Of a DNA stretch of 32,000 nt, positions 28,576 to 32,000 are shown in pieces (position 1 is the first letter of the stretch; each line of letters starts with the position of its first letter). The position numbers were made by a program, and so were the translations under genes. The notes beneath the pieces were generated by a model. That model made no database searches, was not told the origin of the DNA, and saw only the letters and a list, made by a program, of their open reading frames with translations. Origin of the DNA: Polynucleobacter necessarius (lineage in GTDB: Bacteria; Pseudomonadota; Gammaproteobacteria; Burkholderiales; Burkholderiaceae); contig NZ_LT606950.1 in assembly GCF_900095195.1 (NCBI RefSeq), forward strand, positions 1,341,946-1,373,945, given 5' to 3'.

Positions 28576-30069
28576 GTGCTCATGAGCAATTTTTTACTTA
28601 AATCCTCAATTCAGGGTTTATTCATCCTATCAATTGGCTTTGCAACCCTTTTCCCTGGGGCTGTATTTGCACAAGCGGATGACGCGCAAACAGGCCAGGC
28701 TGTTTTTGAAGTTCTCGCCTCTGAAATTGCCCTGCAACGAGGTGAAGCTGGACTGGCCTACAACATTTACATGGAAATGGCTCGGCAATATAAGGACCCT
28801 CGCTTAGCCCAAAGAGCCATGGAAATTGGAATTGCAGGGGGCTCTCCAGAGCTAGCCTTCAATGCCGCGAAAACTTGGGATAGCCTTGCACCAACTTCCC
28901 AAACCAAACCCAAGGAAGTCTTGATTACTTTGCTGGTTCTGAGCAATCGCTGGTCAGATGCTGTGAAACCTGCCATTGCACTACTCCAACAACAAAGCCC
29001 CGCCCAACAAGAGAACACCTTACTGCAATTACAAGCTTGCCTCAGTAAGGCAAAAGACGAATCTAATGCTTTACGTGCTTTTTATGAAATTGCCTCTAAG
29101 GCAAAACCATTGCCCAAAAACCCCGCATTGCTATACATCTATGCGATGTCTGCTGAAAAAGCAGGGCATTTGGATGTGGTGGAAAAATCTTTGCGAGGAA
29201 TTTTGCGAAAAAATCCCAATGATGCAAACTCTTTGAATGCTTTAGGCTACTCACTCGCAGATCGAAACATCAAACTACAAGAAGCTTTCGCACTCATCAG
29301 CAAAGCGCATCAACTATCCCCTGAAGACAGTTTTATTTTGGACAGCTTGGGTTGGGTGAATTTTCGACTCGGCAAAAATGCACTCGCATTAGAGCAACTT
29401 CGGCAAGCATTCAAAATAAAACCAGAGGCTGATATTGCCGCACACACTGGTGAGGTTTTATGGGTTATGAGGCGCCGATCAGAAGCAGAAGCAATGTGGC
29501 AACAAGGCCAAAAGATTGATGCCAATAACGCAACCTTGAAAGAAACGTTAAAACGTCTAAAGCCGGACCAGTCAAATGACGATCTAATTGCCTCTGGCAC
29601 GTGGGACGGTCGTTTTGCAGTCAAAATCACAGGGCTGACAGAAGCCCAAAATCAAGGCGGGTCAGGCGGATTCACTTTAACCCAAGAACAACTAAAAGAT
29701 GTTCTGGAAATTCGCAATCCTGTTGGTGGCGTAATCGCAAAAATTACGATTACGCCAGGTGAAGCTACGCTTGAGCGTGACGGCCAAGTGGTAACGGCAA
29801 TTGATGCCGATACACTTGTACAAAACACTCTAGGGCTTCCATTGCCAGCTCGAGGACTGTCAAACTGGTTAAGGGGTGAAATTAGGCCGGGGGGAGAAGC
29901 GAGCGTTGAACGTAATGCCAAAGGCCAAGTGAGCAAAATTAATCAAGATGGCTGGGGTCTAATTTATACCTGGGGCGATAAAAATCGCCTTGAAAAATTA
30001 ACCATGACTCGCAGATCGAATATTGGCTCGATTGATATTCGCTTAGTATTTGATAATCCAAATGAGTGA
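28576..30069 (+). CDS. lolB: Periplasmic TPR-repeat protein fused in frame to a LolB-like domain (no separate lolB start, signal peptide or lipobox)
   Basis: 497-aa ORF starting at GTG 28576, or at ATG 28582. The Sec-type signal is MSNFLLKSSIQGLFILSIGFATLFPGAVFA-QA with no Cys. Residues ~40-335 match the TPR protein that precedes lolB in Burkholderiales (VFEVLASEIALQRGEAGLAY..., NSLNALGYSLADRN..., ending ..NATLKETLKRLKP). From ~29600 the sequence is LolB-like: WDGRFAVKI...IRNPVGGVIAKITITPGEATLERDGQVVTAIDADTLVQNTLGLPLPARGLSNWLRG (compare E. coli NPLGSTELEL...[27 protein letters not shown]). Confidence 0.8.
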   Translation: MLMSNFLLKSSIQGLFILSIGFATLFPGAVFAQADDAQTGQAVFEVLASEIALQRGEAGLAYNIYMEMARQYKDPRLAQRAMEIGIAGGSPELAFNAAKTWDSLAPTSQTKPKEVLITLLVLSNRWSDAVKPAIALLQQQSPAQQENTLLQLQACLSKAKDESNALRAFYEIASKAKPLPKNPALLYIYAMSAEKAGHLDVVEKSLRGILRKNPNDANSLNALGYSLADRNIKLQEAFALISKAHQLSPEDSFILDSLGWVNFRLGKNALALEQLRQAFKIKPEADIAAHTGEVLWVMRRRSEAEAMWQQGQKIDANNATLKETLKRLKPDQSNDDLIASGTWDGRFAVKITGLTEAQNQGGSGGFTLTQEQLKDVLEIRNPVGGVIAKITITPGEATLERDGQVVTAIDADTLVQNTLGLPLPARGLSNWLRGEIRPGGEASVERNAKGQVSKINQDGWGLIYTWGDKNRLEKLTMTRRSNIGSIDIRLVFDNPNE

Positions 30070-30955
30070 AAGCAATTCCTCCTCATTAAACTCTTTAACA
30101 CTGCTCTCACCAGCAAAACTGAATTTATTCCTCCATATTGTTGGAAGACGCGCTGATGGATACCATCTCCTACAGTCGGTATTTCAGTTAATCGACTGGT
30201 GCGACACCATTCATCTCAAATGTATTGCTGAAAAAGAAATTCGCCGTATCAACCCCTTACCTGGAGTAAAGCCAGAAGAAGATTTGGTTGTGAGGGCCGC
30301 CAAGCTTTTACAGGAAGCTTATCAAGTAAACACTGGTGTCGAGATTGATCTTCAAAAAGAAATCCCGATGGGTGCCGGATTGGGCGGGGGGTCATCCGAC
30401 GCCGCTACAACCTTAATTGGTTTAAATGCCCTTTGGAATCTTCAGCTTGACCAAAAATCTCTTTACGAAATCGGACTCAAACTCGGCGCCGATGTGCCAT
30501 TCTTCATTTTTGGCAAAAATGCCTTCGTCGAGGGAATTGGCGAAAAACTCCAAGAAATTTCCCTAGAAAGCCGTCAATTTTTGGTTCTCTTCCCCAATCA
30601 AGGCATCGCCACCCAGCGCATTTTCCTAGACCCCGAATTGACCCGAGATCACGCTCAGATTACAATGGAAGGCTATCTTCCATCGCCCTGGTCAACGCTT
30701 TCGAACGACTGCCAGGCGGGTGCGATGCGGATTTGTCCTGAAGTGAAGCAAGCTTTGGATTGGATTAGTCAGGCGGTTCCAGGCTCTGAGCCTCGGATGT
30801 CAGGCTCCGGAAGTAGCGTTTTTGCCGTCTTAAACCCTAAGACAGATCTCGCAAAACTGGAAAATCTTCTTCAAACTCTTCCCGGAGGGTGGAAAGGTCG
30901 GGTTGTTCAGGGGTTAAATAAAAATCCTGCTTACAATTTGATTTCTCCAGATTAA
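30062..30955 (+). CDS. ispE: 4-diphosphocytidyl-2-C-methyl-D-erythritol kinase
   Basis: The track ORF starts at TTG 30050. The ATG at 30062 (MSESNSS...) overlaps the upstream TGA (ATGAGTGA) and is the preferred start. Motifs are SPAKLNLFLHIVGRRADGYHLLQSVF, the GHMP kinase motif PMGAGLGGGSSDAA and MSGSGSSVFA. Confidence 0.93.
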   Translation: MSESNSSSLNSLTLLSPAKLNLFLHIVGRRADGYHLLQSVFQLIDWCDTIHLKCIAEKEIRRINPLPGVKPEEDLVVRAAKLLQEAYQVNTGVEIDLQKEIPMGAGLGGGSSDAATTLIGLNALWNLQLDQKSLYEIGLKLGADVPFFIFGKNAFVEGIGEKLQEISLESRQFLVLFPNQGIATQRIFLDPELTRDHAQITMEGYLPSPWSTLSNDCQAGAMRICPEVKQALDWISQAVPGSEPRMSGSGSSVFAVLNPKTDLAKLENLLQTLPGGWKGRVVQGLNKNPAYNLISPD

Positions 30956-30960
30956 GCTGC

Positions 30961-31037
30961 AGGGGAATCGCCAAGCTGGTTAAGGCACTGGATTTTGATT
31001 CCAGCATGCGAAGGTTCGAATCCTTCTTCCCCTGCCA
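30961..31037 (+). tRNA. tRNA-Gln (anticodon UUG)
   Basis: Hand-folded cloverleaf. The acceptor stem is AGGGGAA/TTCCCCT, followed by discriminator G and an encoded CCA. The anticodon stem is CTGGA/TCCAG with loop TTTTGAT (anticodon TTG). The T-arm is GAAGG-TTCGAAT-CCTTC. It begins 5 nt after the ispE stop codon. Confidence 0.9.
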
Positions 31038-31091
31038 AATACTGTAGAAATGACAAAGAGAACCTTTTGATCCTACAAGATCCTTAAGACT

Positions 31092-32000
31092 ATGTCCGCA
31101 ACAAACTCCGATTTATCGACTTTATTTACAGGCAACGCAAATCCGGTTTTGGCAGAGGCTGTCGCCAAAGAGCTGAATTTGCCTTTGGGCAAAGCATTTG
31201 TAGGGCGCTTCTCCGACGGAGAGATTCAAGTAGAAATTCAAGAAAACGTGCGCGGCAAAAATGTCGTTGTTATTCAGTCAACCTGTGCGCCGACAAATGA
31301 CAGCTTGATGGAACTGATGATCATGATTGATGCGTTAAAACGCGCATCAGCGAGTCGCATTACCGCAGTAATACCTTACTTCGGCTATGCACGTCAGGAT
31401 CGTCGACCACGCTCTGCTCGAGTTGCCATCTCGGCACGCATCGTAGCAAACATGCTTCAATCCGTTGCTGGTATTGAGCGCGTCCTCACAATGGACTTGC
31501 ATGCCGACCAAATTCAGGGCTTCTTCGACATCCCAGTTGACAATATTTATGCTTCACCAGTTCTCCTAGCTGACCTTCAAGTTCAGAAAACCCAAAAAGA
31601 CTTAATTGTGGTTTCGCCTGACATTGGGGGCGTTGTTCGCGCCCGCGCGATGGCAAAACAATTGCGCACTGATTTAGCGATTATTGATAAACGTCGCCCT
31701 AAGGCAAATGTTTCCGAAGTAATGCACCTTATCGGAGAGGTAGAAGGTCGCCACTGCGTCATCATGGATGACATCATCGATACTGGTGGAACCCTCTGTA
31801 AAGCTGCTGAAGCACTCAAAGAGCGCGGTGCAAAAGGGGTTACCGCTTACTGTACCCACGCCGTACTTTCAGGCGGCGCTGTTGCTCGTATTGCCGCCTC
31901 TGAATTAGACGAACTCGTTGTTACTGACACTATTCCATTAACAGCAGAAGCTGCAAAAGTAGCCAAAATCCGCCAATTATCAGTAGCGCCATTGCTGGCA
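31092..32000 (+). CDS. prs: Ribose-phosphate pyrophosphokinase (PRPP synthetase), N-terminal 303 codons; continues past the window end
   Basis: Manual translation from the ATG at 31092 gives [64 protein letters not shown]...[12 protein letters not shown]...[18 protein letters not shown]...[20 protein letters not shown]... It stays open to position 32000 and is absent from the ORF track because there is no stop in the window. Confidence 0.95.
   Translation, partial: MSATNSDLSTLFTGNANPVLAEAVAKELNLPLGKAFVGRFSDGEIQVEIQENVRGKNVVVIQSTCAPTNDSLMELMIMIDALKRASASRITAVIPYFGYARQDRRPRSARVAISARIVANMLQSVAGIERVLTMDLHADQIQGFFDIPVDNIYASPVLLADLQVQKTQKDLIVVSPDIGGVVRARAMAKQLRTDLAIIDKRRPKANVSEVMHLIGEVEGRHCVIMDDIIDTGGTLCKAAEALKERGAKGVTAYCTHAVLSGGAVARIAASELDELVVTDTIPLTAEAAKVAKIRQLSVAPLLA

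Noticed and set aside
1-32000. Defence island, prophage, integron, CRISPR array, IS element or toxin-antitoxin content
   Set aside because: Every ORF of meaningful length is assignable to a conserved housekeeping family in conserved synteny. I noticed no direct or inverted terminal repeats, integrase or transposase-like ORFs, or spacer-repeat periodicity. tRNA-Gln is flanked by ispE and prs with no insertion.

Overview
This window is 32 kb of tightly packed housekeeping chromosome from a betaproteobacterium with Burkholderiales-type synteny. Minus strand: aspS, DUF502, ubiB, ubiJ, a Tim44-like gene, ubiE, DUF971 and DUF3683. Then ilvA and a 5'-nucleotidase on the plus strand, ssb and an MFS transporter divergent from uvrA, and a CPA2 antiporter. 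Then kdsD-kdsC-lptC-lptA-lptB-[rpoN slot]-hpf-ptsN-hprK-rapZ, followed by mutM-mutY, TPR/lolB-ispE, tRNA-Gln and prs. The AT-leaning composition (judged by eye, not computed), very short spacers and protein sequences suggest a streamlined Burkholderiaceae genome such as Polynucleobacter; this is inference and was not verified. I found no mobile elements, CRISPR arrays, prophage, toxin-antitoxin or defence-island content, and no convincing novel multi-gene system. The unusual signal is gene decay inside a core region. (1) queF carries two 1-nt frameshifts and an in-frame TAG. (2) rpoN is missing from its conserved slot between lptB and hpf, and the 182-bp spacer may hold a relic of its 3' end. 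(3) hpf is frameshifted at a T-run. (4) mutM has an in-frame TAA at codon 48 while the downstream mutY is intact. (5) The LolB domain has no signal peptide or lipobox of its own and is readable only as a C-terminal fusion to the upstream periplasmic TPR protein. Together these fit relaxed selection or a host-restricted lifestyle, for example a Polynucleobacter necessarius-like symbiont, unless they are sequencing errors. Secondary observations are TAATG stop/start coupling of a 1279-aa FAD/Fe-S oxidoreductase and DUF971 to ubiE, an intrinsic-terminator-like hairpin ending 6 nt before the ubiJ start, and extreme compaction (an 11-bp divergent spacer and a 56-bp convergent overlap).
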